Shown here: in pieces, positions 10,315 to 19,422 of the stretch
Layout: every line of letters starts with the position of its first letter
How positions within the stretch are numbered: position 1 is the first letter of the stretch
Origin: Gammaproteobacteria bacterium
GTDB lineage: Bacteria > Pseudomonadota > Gammaproteobacteria > Eutrophobiales > Eutrophobiaceae
Direction: 5' to 3'
Assembly: GCA_004297165.1 (NCBI GenBank)
Contig: SCUJ01000006.1
Span: forward strand, 1,052,464-1,116,463
DNA length: 64,000 nucleotides
Made by a program: the position numbers and the translations under genes
Notes under the pieces: generated by a model
Database searches by the model: none
Told to the model about the DNA's origin: nothing
Seen by the model: only the letters and a program-made list of their open reading frames with translations

Positions 10315-12372
10315 ATGTCCCCCTTTGAGACAGTAACCAACATTTTCCAGTCCGCTCACGCTGATGGCCGGGATACGCTTACCACCGTCGAGATAAAACG
10401 TCTCCTGGACTTTGGGGACGATCTCAAGCCGGCAACCGGCGCGGGACATGCCAGCATCTCGATAGGGATACGCCGCTTGCGGGATTTCGGCATGGTGATC
10501 GAGGCTGGCATAGCCGGAGAGGATCTCGGGATCTATGGCGGGGCCTTGCGCCGCGGTCAGGCAACGGCGACCGCGCTGACCGGACTCACCGATGCCCGCG
10601 GTTTCCTGGATACGTTCCGCGGCACGGTCGGATACCGCAAGCTCACCGCTCGCGCAGGCGCAGAGGCACAAGCGCTGGATAACGCGCTGGAAGCATGTTT
10701 CGCGCGTTTGATCGGAATAGCCAACACACTCGCCCCGGAGCATCCCGACACAAACTGGGTCATCGATGAACTCGAACTCACCCTGGCGACTTCGGATCGG
10801 CAACGGTTATTGCAGGAAAATTGCCGCTGCCGTTTCTCACGTAACGCGCCGGCCCGGACCGCGCGACCCATCGGGAAGATCGACAACCTGCTGCACCCCC
10901 AATCCATCGGTATCGTCGGGGTCTCCGCCAAGGGCATGAATTTCGGCCGCATCATCCTGAACAATATCGTGAGCGGCGGTTATGACAAGAACAAACTGCG
11001 CATCATCCGGCCCGGCGAGACGGAGATCGACGGGGTGAAGTGCGTCGAGAGTTTCGCGGCAATGAATGGCAAGCTGGACCTGATCATCATGGCCGTGGCC
11101 GCCGATGCGGCCTTCTCCATGGTGGACGAGATCATCAGCACGGATGCCGCCGAGTCCGTCATGCTGATCCCCGGCGGTCTGGGGGAGACCCAAAAAAGCC
11201 TGGAACCGACCGCGCGGATGAACGCGAAGATCGACGCGGCGCACCGGCAACCGGGGGGCGGCCCAATCTTCCTCGGCGGCAACTGTCTCGGTGTGATCTC
11301 CCATCCGGGCAATTACGACAGTTGGTTCGTTCCGCCCGAGCGACTGCCGCGTCCGCGGATCAAGGCACGGAGAAATACCGCGCTGATCAGCCAGAGCGGG
11401 GCCTTCATGGTCACCCGGATCGGCAAGCACCCCTGGCTGGATCCCGCCTACATGATCGCGGACGGCAATCAGAACGATCTCTCCCACAGCGATCTGCTGC
11501 GGTATTTCAACACCCGCGACGAGATCGAGGTGATCGGAATTTATATCGAGGGCTTCCGGGATCTGGACGGCGTCGCCTTCGCCCACGCGGTGCGGGAGGC
11601 GGTGCGCAAGGGGAAACAGATCGTCGTCTACAAGGTCGGGCGCACGGAATCGGGGCAGAAGGCCGCCATCGGACACACCGCCTCGACGGCCGGCGATTTC
11701 ACCCTGGCCGAGACCCTGTTGCGCCAGGCCGGCGCCATCGTGACCAACGACCTGACCGACTTCACGGACCTGATGTACATCGCCGATTGCCTGCACCATA
11801 AACAGATTAACGGCAAGCGAATCGGCACCATCAGCGGCGCGGGCTTCGAGGCCGTCGCGATGGCGGACAGCCTCGAAACGGACGGTTTCTCCCTGGAGAT
11901 GGCGGCGCTGACTCCGGAAACCGTAAAGCGCCTGGAACAGATATTGATCGACAAAAAACTGGACGCACTGATGGAGGTCCGCAACCCCATCGACATCAAT
12001 CCCGCGGCGGACGACGAGGCCCACCTGCGCTGCACGGTCGCCTTCGCCGAGGATCCCAACGTCGATGCCGTCGTGTCGAGCATGGACCCCGCCTCCCCCA
12101 TGATCATGGGCCTGGAGAAATCCAGCCGGCCGGGATTCGACATCCACAACGAGAAGAGCCAGGTGAACACCTTCCCGAAGATGGTGCGGGAATGCAATAA
12201 ACCGATCGTCTGTGTCGCGGACAGCGGTCCGCTCTATGACGTCATGGCGACGAAGCTCATGGATCAGGGCGTGTGTCTGTTCCGGTCCTGCGAACGCGCC
12301 ACACGCGCCCTGTCCCGGTACGTGGAGGCGCGACTGCGCGCGGAGGCGATCCGCAAACAGGCACGATCATGA
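10315..12372 (+). CDS. Acetate--CoA ligase (ADP-forming)/NDP-forming acyl-CoA synthetase family protein with a ~190-aa N-terminal extension
   Basis: CoA-binding domain (IGIVGVSAKG...), succinyl-CoA-synthetase-like and ATP-grasp parts. GGGAG RBS 8 nt upstream of the ATG at 10315 (a GTG at 10309 is also possible). Confidence 0.75.
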   Translation: MSPFETVTNIFQSAHADGRDTLTTVEIKRLLDFGDDLKPATGAGHASISIGIRRLRDFGMVIEAGIAGEDLGIYGGALRRGQATATALTGLTDARGFLDTFRGTVGYRKLTARAGAEAQALDNALEACFARLIGIANTLAPEHPDTNWVIDELELTLATSDRQRLLQENCRCRFSRNAPARTARPIGKIDNLLHPQSIGIVGVSAKGMNFGRIILNNIVSGGYDKNKLRIIRPGETEIDGVKCVESFAAMNGKLDLIIMAVAADAAFSMVDEIISTDAAESVMLIPGGLGETQKSLEPTARMNAKIDAAHRQPGGGPIFLGGNCLGVISHPGNYDSWFVPPERLPRPRIKARRNTALISQSGAFMVTRIGKHPWLDPAYMIADGNQNDLSHSDLLRYFNTRDEIEVIGIYIEGFRDLDGVAFAHAVREAVRKGKQIVVYKVGRTESGQKAAIGHTASTAGDFTLAETLLRQAGAIVTNDLTDFTDLMYIADCLHHKQINGKRIGTISGAGFEAVAMADSLETDGFSLEMAALTPETVKRLEQILIDKKLDALMEVRNPIDINPAADDEAHLRCTVAFAEDPNVDAVVSSMDPASPMIMGLEKSSRPGFDIHNEKSQVNTFPKMVRECNKPIVCVADSGPLYDVMATKLMDQGVCLFRSCERATRALSRYVEARLRAEAIRKQARS

Positions 12373-14183
12373 GCAAGACACTGATCCTGTCGGGCCTGCT
12401 GTCAGGCAGCCTTTGCTGCGCCGGACAGGTCATCGCCCAAACGACGGATTGGTTGAGCTACAACAACGGCCTGGATGGCCAGCGTTACTCGCACCTCGAG
12501 TCTATCAACGTCGCCAACGCCAGCCAGTTGGGGGAAATCTGCCGCGTGCAGATAGACGGTCCGGCCTCGTTTCATGCGGGGCTCATCGCAAGCGGCGGCC
12601 TGATCTACACCAACACCAGCCGCACGACGGTCGCCATCGATGCCCGGACCTGCGAGGTGCGCTGGAAGTACGATTATCAGCCGGAAGAGGCCCGATGCGG
12701 TGGCTCCAACCGCGGGCTGGCGCTGCACAACGGCAGACTCTATCGCGGCACCTGCGACGGCCGGCTGATCGCCCTCGATGCCGCAACGGGAAAACTGCTG
12801 TGGAAGAACGTCATCGCCGTGCCGGCGTTGGGAGAGAGCACCTCCGCCGTGCCGCTCGCCTGGCAGAACCTGGTGTTCATGGGCATCGGCGGGAGTGAGG
12901 TGGGGATCCGCGGACGGGTGATGGCCTACGACGCGACCACGGGTCAGGAGTTGTGGCGCTTTCATACCATCCCGATGGGAGACGAGATCGGCGCGAATAC
13001 CTGGAAGCGTCCCGAGACTGCGAAGACCGGTGGCGGCGGCGTGTGGGGCGCCATGTCGCTCGACGTGACGAGAGGAGAATTGTACGTCCCGGTCGGCAAT
13101 CCCTGGCCGGATATCGATCGGGATTACCGCCCCGGCGACAACCTGTTCACCGATTCCGTCGTCGTTCTCGATGCCCGCACCGGGGCGCTGCGGTGGTGGC
13201 ATCAGGTCGCCCCGCAAGACTGGATGGATTTCGATCTGGCGGCGGCGCCCATGCTCTACCGGGGCAACGGCGCGAGGGATTATGTCGCCATTGGCGGCAA
13301 GGATGGTTATCTCACCGTGGTGGACCGGGACACTCATAAGCAAGTATTCAAAACGCCGGTCACGACGGTCGAACACATTCATGACAAACCCTCCCGAGAA
13401 GGGACGCGGATGTGCCCTGGCTATGCCGGGGGTGTGGAGTGGAACGGACCCGCCCTGGACAGGACGACCGGCAATCTGATCGTCGGCGCTGTGGACATCT
13501 GCTTCATCGTCACCCTGGGGAAGGCGACCTACAAGGCAGGGCAACTCGATTTTGGCGGAACCGTGGCCCCGGATGGCGAGGCGACCGGCTGGATCACCGC
13601 CGTGGACAGCGAAACCGGGGAAGTCAAATGGCGCTACCACGCGGATAAACCCGTGGTGGCGGGCATCACCCCGACTGCGGGCGGAGTGACCTTCGCCGGC
13701 GATCTCGCGGGCAACTTCCTGGTCTTCGAAAGCGCGAGCGGCGACCTGCTGCACAAGGTCGATGTGGGCGGCGCGATGGCCGGCGGCGTGATTACCTACG
13801 CCATCGACGACCGGCAATATGTCGCCTTCGCATCCGGCAACATCTCCAGAAATGCCTTCGGCGATATTGGCTTTCCCAGCGTGGTCATCATGACCCTCAA
13901 TCCGGAGAACCCGCCCCGCGCGATCGATGCCACCGTCAAGGACGTGCAGGGGATCGCCAACGGCCGGCTCCTGTTTGGCGAGGTATGCGCCTCCTGCCAC
14001 GGCACGGACGGGAACCTCGTCCCCAATCACCCGCTAAGCAAGCTGGCGGCAAAAATGAACCTGGAGGATGCCGTCGATTACATCAAGGATCCGGCAGTGC
14101 CAATGCCGAACCTGTACCCGGATCTGATCGACGATCAAGCGGTGCTCAACGTGGCGCGGTATATTTTGGAAGAGTTGAACTGA
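12370..14183 (+). CDS. PQQ-repeat beta-propeller protein (quinoprotein dehydrogenase-like) with a C-terminal mono-heme c-type cytochrome domain (CASCH); secreted
   Basis: Signal peptide MSKTLILSGLLSGSLCCAGQVIA. Repeated W/G-rich propeller blades (ATGKLLWK, TGQELWRF, TGALRWWH, TGEVKWRY). A CxxCH heme motif near the C-terminus. The ATG overlaps the stop of the upstream gene (ATGA). No vicinal Cys-Cys ring, so not a canonical MDH/ADH. Confidence 0.7.
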
Positions 14184-14206
14184 ATAACCTTGGCTTGGGG
14201 CTCCAA

Positions 14207-14623
14207 TCAAATCCCCACCACCGCAGCGCCTATGGCGAGTTTCTTTCCGTCCTGATTTTCAGCCTGCAATTCCAATCGGATGATGCGCGGACTGCCCTCT
14301 TCGATGGCCGTGATCCGGCCCGTGCAGACGATGCAGTCTCCGGGTCTGGAGGGTGCGAGCAGGCGGGTCTGAAATTCCAGAAGGGATTGCTGCGGGACCC
14401 AGTTCGTGAGCAGGCGGCCGAGATACGCCATGGTCAGCATGCCGGGCCCGATGACGTCATCGAGGCCGGCAACGTTTCTGGCGTAATCGCTGTCCACATG
14501 GATAGGATTGTAATCGCCGGAGGCGCCGCAGTAGAGGGCGAGCGTCAAACGGGTGAGCGGCGGCGCCCGGAATTCTGGAATCGCGTCGCCGACCTTGAAT
14601 TTGAATTCCTTGATCGTATTCAT
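14207..14623 (-). CDS. MaoC family dehydratase (hot-dog fold, R-specific enoyl-CoA hydratase-like subunit)
   Basis: MNTIKEFKFKVGD...DYNPIHVD... hydratase motif. The start is at an internal Met of the 193-aa track ORF and overlaps the upstream partner by 4 nt. Confidence 0.75.
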   Translation of the reverse strand: MNTIKEFKFKVGDAIPEFRAPPLTRLTLALYCGASGDYNPIHVDSDYARNVAGLDDVIGPGMLTMAYLGRLLTNWVPQQSLLEFQTRLLAPSRPGDCIVCTGRITAIEEGSPRIIRLELQAENQDGKKLAIGAAVVGI

Positions 14624-15072
14624 GACCCCGCGCGCCGTTGGACAACTATCGTCTGCTCCGCTTCGCAGACCACTCGCCCCTCGCCGTCCTTGAACTCGGT
14701 GACCACGACGATGAACTCCAGCGCGCCGTTTTTCCGCGCATAGATGTCGCTCACCCGTTTCTGACCGTACAGCGTATCTCCCGCGCACGCCGGGAGGCGA
14801 TAGCGGAAGCTTTGTTCGCCATGGAGGATCTCGGCGAAATCGAGGCCGAAGAGATGCAGAGTATCGAAGGGATCGGGGATATCCTTGCCGAGGCAGAAGG
14901 GATAGGTCGGCGGCATGGGCAGCGAGCGGTAGCCGGCGGTGCGCGCGGCGTCCTCATCGGTATAGATCGGATTCGTCTCGCCAATCGCCTTGGCAAACAA
15001 CCGCAATCGCCCCTTCTCCAGTTCCACCTGGAAGGGCGGGAAACGATGGCCGATCAGGGTTCGATCAAGCAT
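14620..15072 (-). CDS. MaoC-like N-terminal dehydratase subunit (hot-dog fold partner of the downstream MaoC protein; HadA/HadB-like two-subunit hydratase)
   Basis: 150 aa, FAS1-like dehydratase/MaoC_dehydrat_N features. Translationally coupled to 14207-14623. Confidence 0.7.
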   Translation of the reverse strand: MLDRTLIGHRFPPFQVELEKGRLRLFAKAIGETNPIYTDEDAARTAGYRSLPMPPTYPFCLGKDIPDPFDTLHLFGLDFAEILHGEQSFRYRLPACAGDTLYGQKRVSDIYARKNGALEFIVVVTEFKDGEGRVVCEAEQTIVVQRRAGS

Positions 15073-15087
15073 CGCGATCCCTGCCGG

Positions 15088-15456
15088 TCACCAGAGCCCG
15101 AGTTGCAGACGGGATTCCTCCGTCATGTACTCCGGTTTCCAGAACGGGTCCCAGACCAGTTCGAAGGCGACGTCCGTTACGCCGTCTACCGCGAGCAGTG
15201 CCCGGCGGATCATCCCCGGGATCTCTTCCGAGACGGGGCACGAAGGCGTCGTGAGCGTCATCACCACCTTGACCTTGCCGTCCTCCCGGATCCTGAGATC
15301 GTAGATGAGACCCATCTCGAAGATGCTCACGGGTATCTCGGGGTCGTACACCGTGCGCAGGGCCTCGACGATCTGTGGTTCAAAAGGAGAAGTCTCTGTC
15401 CCGACCATATAAGGCACGGGGCGGGCATCGGGATCGAAGGGCTCGAAGTCAGGCAT
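15088..15456 (-). CDS. DUF59/MIP18-family Fe-S cluster assembly protein (SufT/PaaD-like)
   Basis: 122 aa; ...IVEALRTVYDPEIPVSIFEMGLIY...TLTTPSCPVSEEI... matches the DUF59 signature. Confidence 0.65.
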   Translation of the reverse strand: MPDFEPFDPDARPVPYMVGTETSPFEPQIVEALRTVYDPEIPVSIFEMGLIYDLRIREDGKVKVVMTLTTPSCPVSEEIPGMIRRALLAVDGVTDVAFELVWDPFWKPEYMTEESRLQLGLW

Positions 15457-15518
15457 GGCGGGCGTGGGCGATATAATGCATATATTCGTATTATAATACT
15501 TATTTAAGAATTCATTGA

Positions 15519-16013
15519 TTGATCATGGCATTACCTGGAGTCCGGTTATTCGACATGAACACAACGATTACAGGGGATTCGTTGCTGATCCGGGAGGCCC
15601 GCGCCGACGACCTCGCGGCCATCATCGGGATCGATGATCAGGTCACCAACATCGCCAAGCCCGAATACTGGCGGGATATGTTCACCCAATACGAACTTAA
15701 CCGGGAACACCGGTTTTTTTTGGTGGCGGACGAGTACGCGAAGGTCGTCGGCTTCATCATCGGCGAGGTCCGGGCCTGGGAATTCGGTTCCGCGCCCTGC
15801 GGCTGGGTCTTTGCCATCGGCGTCGATCCCGCCCGTCGCCAGTCCCAGGTCGCATCCAGAATGCTCGCCGCGCTCTGCGATCAGTTCGCGCAGGCCGGCG
15901 TCACCAAGGTGCGCACCATGACCTCCCGCCAGGATCACGTCCTGCTTTCCTTCTTCCGCAGCCAGGGGTTGATGGCCGGTCCGTATCAGCAACTGGAGAA
16001 GGACCTGTCATGA
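15519..16013 (+). CDS. GNAT family N-acetyltransferase
   Basis: Acetyl-CoA-binding core (VFAIGVDPARRQSQVASRMLAAL). The start may instead be the internal Met at 15555. Confidence 0.75.
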   Translation: MIMALPGVRLFDMNTTITGDSLLIREARADDLAAIIGIDDQVTNIAKPEYWRDMFTQYELNREHRFFLVADEYAKVVGFIIGEVRAWEFGSAPCGWVFAIGVDPARRQSQVASRMLAALCDQFAQAGVTKVRTMTSRQDHVLLSFFRSQGLMAGPYQQLEKDLS

Positions 16014-16486
16014 AACTTCAGCGCGCGACGCTGCTCGGCCTCTACGCCATCATTGAACTCGCCGATCAGCCGGATCTGCAACTCTCCCGCAGTGAGATCG
16101 CGCGCAAGTTCGATGTCTCCAGCAATCATTTGTCGAAGGTGATGCGCGAGCTCGGCAAGGCCGGGCTCGTGGAGGCCGTGCGCGGCGTCGGCGGCGGCTA
16201 TCGTTTCTGCGGCAACGCCAGACGCACCACGCTGCTCGATATCATCCAGATCTTCGAGGACTTCCGCTTCGACAGCCCGGACCAGCGGGAGCCGGGGATG
16301 GGTACCGAGATCGGCAAGGCCCTGGACCTCGTGCTTGGCGAGATCAACGAAAGCATAAACTCGACCTTGCGTTCCATCAGCCTCGCCACGATGTTGATGT
16401 TGAAAAATCGCCGCCAGGCTGTACCATCCGAACAGAGCACAGGTGATTCCTCGATTCAGTCATCCAGACCGGGACAATTATCATGA
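16010..16486 (+). CDS. Rrf2 family transcriptional regulator (BadM/IscR-like wHTH)
   Basis: MKLQRATLLGLYAIIELA...SRSEIARKFDVSSNHLSKVMRELGKAGLVEAVRGVGGGYRF is a canonical Rrf2 N-terminus. ATGA overlap with the flanking GNAT genes. Confidence 0.8.
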   Translation: MKLQRATLLGLYAIIELADQPDLQLSRSEIARKFDVSSNHLSKVMRELGKAGLVEAVRGVGGGYRFCGNARRTTLLDIIQIFEDFRFDSPDQREPGMGTEIGKALDLVLGEINESINSTLRSISLATMLMLKNRRQAVPSEQSTGDSSIQSSRPGQLS

Positions 16487-17484
16487 GTGAAGTAGACGCC
16501 CTTCCCTTAACCCGCCCCCTCACCGCCAGCGATTTCGATCAAGTGGTGGCCATCGACGCCAAGATCATCGGCCGATCCCGGCCCGGATTTTTCAGGAAAC
16601 GGCTCGCGGCTGCCCTCGCGGAGCCGGGCTATTTCATTTATATCGCCTGCGAGAGCGAAAACAAGTTGCAGGGCTTCCTGCTGGCGCGCCTGCTGGGCGG
16701 CGAATACGGGGAAGCGCAATCGATCGCCGTGCTGGACGCCCTCGGCGTCGCGCCGGTGAGCCAGGGGAAAGGCATCGGCACCCTGCTGATTCAGGAATTC
16801 GAACGGATCCTGCGGCGCAAACACATGCGCGAGATCCAGACGCAGACGGATTGGCGGCGTTTCAGTTTCCTGCGCTTTCTGTTCGCCAACGGCTTCCTGG
16901 TCGCGCCCGTGTATGTGCTGGAACGGGAGGTCAGCAATCTCGATACACGCCTGCGTGTCGATCCCGTGGCGAATCATGAAACCGCGAGCGGCGAACTCGA
17001 TTACAGCGATACCGGGACCCGCGGCGGCGAAACCCTGGCGCGCGATCGCGTGCCCTGCCGGAGCCTCGCAAGAGGCGATCTCGAAACGCTGATCCGCATC
17101 AACCGCAAGGTCACGGGCCTCGAGATGCGGGAGTTCTTTCAGCGCAAGGTGAAGGAGGTCCTGGACGAATCGGGCATCCGCGTCTCGCTCGTCGCGGAAG
17201 TGGACGGCCAGCCGGCTGGTTTCATCATGGCCCGGGTCGATTACGGCGAATTCGGCCGCACCGAGCCCGCCGCCGTGCTAGACGCCATCGCCGTCGATCC
17301 GGCCTATGGCCGGCAGCAGGTCGGCAGCGCCCTGCTATCGCAACTGCTTTCCAATCTCACGAGCCTCCGGCTCGAAGCCATCCGGACAGTGGTGCTGTCC
17401 AACCGCTTTGATCTCCTCAGTTTTCTGACGAAGAACGGATTCAAGCCGGGGCAGAGGCTGACCTTCTCCAAGCGGATTGATTGA
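16483..17484 (+). CDS. Tandem-GNAT (two acetyltransferase domains) protein
   Basis: 333 aa with two GNAT cores (…LDALGVAPVSQGKGIGTLLIQ… and …LDAIAVDPAYGRQQVGSALLSQ…). Confidence 0.75.
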   Translation: MSEVDALPLTRPLTASDFDQVVAIDAKIIGRSRPGFFRKRLAAALAEPGYFIYIACESENKLQGFLLARLLGGEYGEAQSIAVLDALGVAPVSQGKGIGTLLIQEFERILRRKHMREIQTQTDWRRFSFLRFLFANGFLVAPVYVLEREVSNLDTRLRVDPVANHETASGELDYSDTGTRGGETLARDRVPCRSLARGDLETLIRINRKVTGLEMREFFQRKVKEVLDESGIRVSLVAEVDGQPAGFIMARVDYGEFGRTEPAAVLDAIAVDPAYGRQQVGSALLSQLLSNLTSLRLEAIRTVVLSNRFDLLSFLTKNGFKPGQRLTFSKRID

Positions 17485-17566
17485 AATGGTTAGGTTCGCT
17501 GGAGTGGCGTTTTATCGATATACAAAAGGCGGAAATGAAAACGGCTTTTGGGCTGGGTACTAATAG

Positions 17567-18034
17567 TTGGGCCGCATATCAGCCATGACCACTCGCCCAC
17601 CCTCACAAGATCAACAATCGCTGGCGCATCTGCTTGATGTCGAGATCGGCGGCGATACCTTTGACGTAGCTGCCGCTAGAGTCATGGATGCAGTTGCACC
17701 GGCTATCGGCTATGAACCAGCGGAGCAGTCGAGCGAACGTCAGCGAGAATTTGCCAAATCGATTGGGCTAAACGTAATCGCAGACTCCAAACGAGTAGCG
17801 AGCGCAAAGATAGGCGAGGCGCTCTTCGCGAAGAACCAAGACGCAATTGCCACGCTGAATTTGAAACCACGAGACAGTGTCGTTCGTGTTGAGCACTTTG
17901 AGCACGAGGGAGAAATGCGCTCGGTCGAACAAGAATTTATCGTGTCGTCCATCCAGCGCAATGGGCGTGTATTCTTCAAGGGCGGCAACGGCCAGGGTGC
18001 TTGGCCTACGCAGCTAAGAAAACATGCGGGCTAA
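17567..18034 (+). CDS. Hypothetical protein (no recognisable domain); first ORF of the AT-richer islet
   Basis: 155-aa ORF. Lower GC than its surroundings. Followed by an AT-rich 277-bp spacer. Confidence 0.4.
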   Translation: MGRISAMTTRPPSQDQQSLAHLLDVEIGGDTFDVAAARVMDAVAPAIGYEPAEQSSERQREFAKSIGLNVIADSKRVASAKIGEALFAKNQDAIATLNLKPRDSVVRVEHFEHEGEMRSVEQEFIVSSIQRNGRVFFKGGNGQGAWPTQLRKHAG

Positions 18035-18311
18035 CCCGGCGGTCAACACGGTCCCGCGCAATCGGCGCTGCTCGCCGCTTGCACGAGCTGGTTACCTTGG
18101 ACGTTGAGGCTGTAGAAAAAGCCTATTTTGAAGGAAGCATCAAGGTAATTCGATATCAGGTTCATTCGCTATGAATTTAGAGTAATGTTGTTGCCACCAG
18201 ACAATAAAATATTACCTCTAAAGCGTTTGATGCGCCTGTGGCAATGTGTTTGACGCGGATCTGGAATAATATCTGCTTGCGTCAATTTTACAAATCACCC
18301 TGTTTTCGTAC

Positions 18312-19094
18312 TTGTTCTACAGGCTCATTAGCCGCCAAGGAGGTTCGGTGAATCGCCTACACTTCACGCCCCCTTTCTGTCCCAGTGCGCTACCGTCGTG
18401 GGGGTGCCCGCATTGCAGTGATGGCGCACTCGCGCTCGTCAAGAAATCACTACGAGTCGAAGAGACTTCGGAATCCAAAAAAGACCGAAGTCACCCGGAC
18501 TGGGATCCGGAATGGATTAGGCAGAGATTTTCTATTCTGTTGCGATGCGGTCAATGTCACGAGCCTGTTTTTGCCGTTGGTAACGTGCGGTTAAAGGAAG
18601 ACCATGATGATGTCCACGGTTGGTCTTTGGCTGATGCGTTGGTCCCAACATTCTTTGAGCCCGCACCGCCCGTTATTCGGATTCCACCAGCTTGCCCAAA
18701 GGAAGTGGGTGCTGAAGTCACGGGGGCAAGCGCGTTGTACTGGTCAAGCCCATCCTCTGCGGCCAATCGAATCCGCGCTGCTATCGAGAGGCTTATGGAT
18801 GATCGCGGTATTTCTAGGAAAGGCAAGACTAAGAATGGAAAGTTCGTCGATCTCACTCTGCACGCCAGAATCGAGCGATTCGCAACAAAGAATCAAGAAG
18901 TCGGTCAAACGTTACTCGCCATCAAATGGTTGGGAAACACCGGAAGTCATTCAATGGACCTGACGGCAGACGATATGCTCGATGCGTTCGAACTACTCTT
19001 GCATGCTCTCGAAGAGATTTACGAGTCGAAATCCTTTCGTCTTAAGAAGCTTGCATCTTCAATCATCAAGAAGAAAGGCCCCGTTACAAAATGA
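18312..19094 (+). CDS. Hypothetical protein: N-terminal C4 zinc ribbon (CPHC...CGQC) plus a C-terminal region with a DUF4145/HEPN-like K-x2-GN-x3-H signature
   Basis: 260 aa. CxxC-x33-CxxC near the N-terminus. C-terminal ...LLAIKWLGNTGSHSMDLTADDMLDAFELLLHALEEIY... resembles the R..GN..(A)H core of DUF4145 (Pfam PF13643), recalled from memory, not searched. Confidence 0.45.
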   Translation: MFYRLISRQGGSVNRLHFTPPFCPSALPSWGCPHCSDGALALVKKSLRVEETSESKKDRSHPDWDPEWIRQRFSILLRCGQCHEPVFAVGNVRLKEDHDDVHGWSLADALVPTFFEPAPPVIRIPPACPKEVGAEVTGASALYWSSPSSAANRIRAAIERLMDDRGISRKGKTKNGKFVDLTLHARIERFATKNQEVGQTLLAIKWLGNTGSHSMDLTADDMLDAFELLLHALEEIYESKSFRLKKLASSIIKKKGPVTK

Positions 19095-19376
19095 AAACGG
19101 CTAACCCGGCAGTCTGAGGGACCTCCACGAATTCATGTCCCAAAGCTCTCTGCTTGAGCCCTTGAGAGAAGACCCGTGATGGCATTACTGAGAGCGGTTC
19201 ACAAAAGCGTCGTAATTGGCCGTCTCCAGAGTCCCCGCCCCAGGAAGGGTATCGACAGAACGTGACAGCGAAACTCGGTATTAGCTAGTTTTTAACGGTG
19301 CAGGCCACTCTCACGTGCTGCCAGGCCGAGTAGTCGTGTTGGGCTGAATGGAATGAAGCCCAACATTATTATTTCT

Positions 19377-19406
19377 GCGTGGGCACGAAAAACGTGCCCA
19401 CCCTAC
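19377..19406. repeat. REP-like palindromic element copy 1 (GCGTGGGCAC-GAAAAAC-GTGCCCACCCTAC)
   Basis: Perfect 8-bp inverted repeat with a 7-nt loop plus a conserved CCTAC tail. Three copies in the window. Confidence 0.6.
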
Positions 19407-19422
19407 CCTGCTGAAGGATGCT

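Noticed and set aside
10246-10803. Minus-strand 185-aa ORF overlapping the start of the acyl-CoA synthetase gene
   Set aside because: It overlaps a well-supported gene and the promoter region and has no recognisable domain; judged spurious.
10837-12147. Minus-strand 436-aa ORF antisense to the acyl-CoA synthetase
   Set aside because: Entirely antisense to a strongly supported CDS; Gly/Asp/Arg-rich low-complexity translation.
12402-14030. Minus-strand 542-aa ORF antisense to the PQQ/cytochrome c gene
   Set aside because: Antisense to a gene with a clear signal peptide, propeller repeats and CxxCH; composition typical of a GC-rich shadow ORF.
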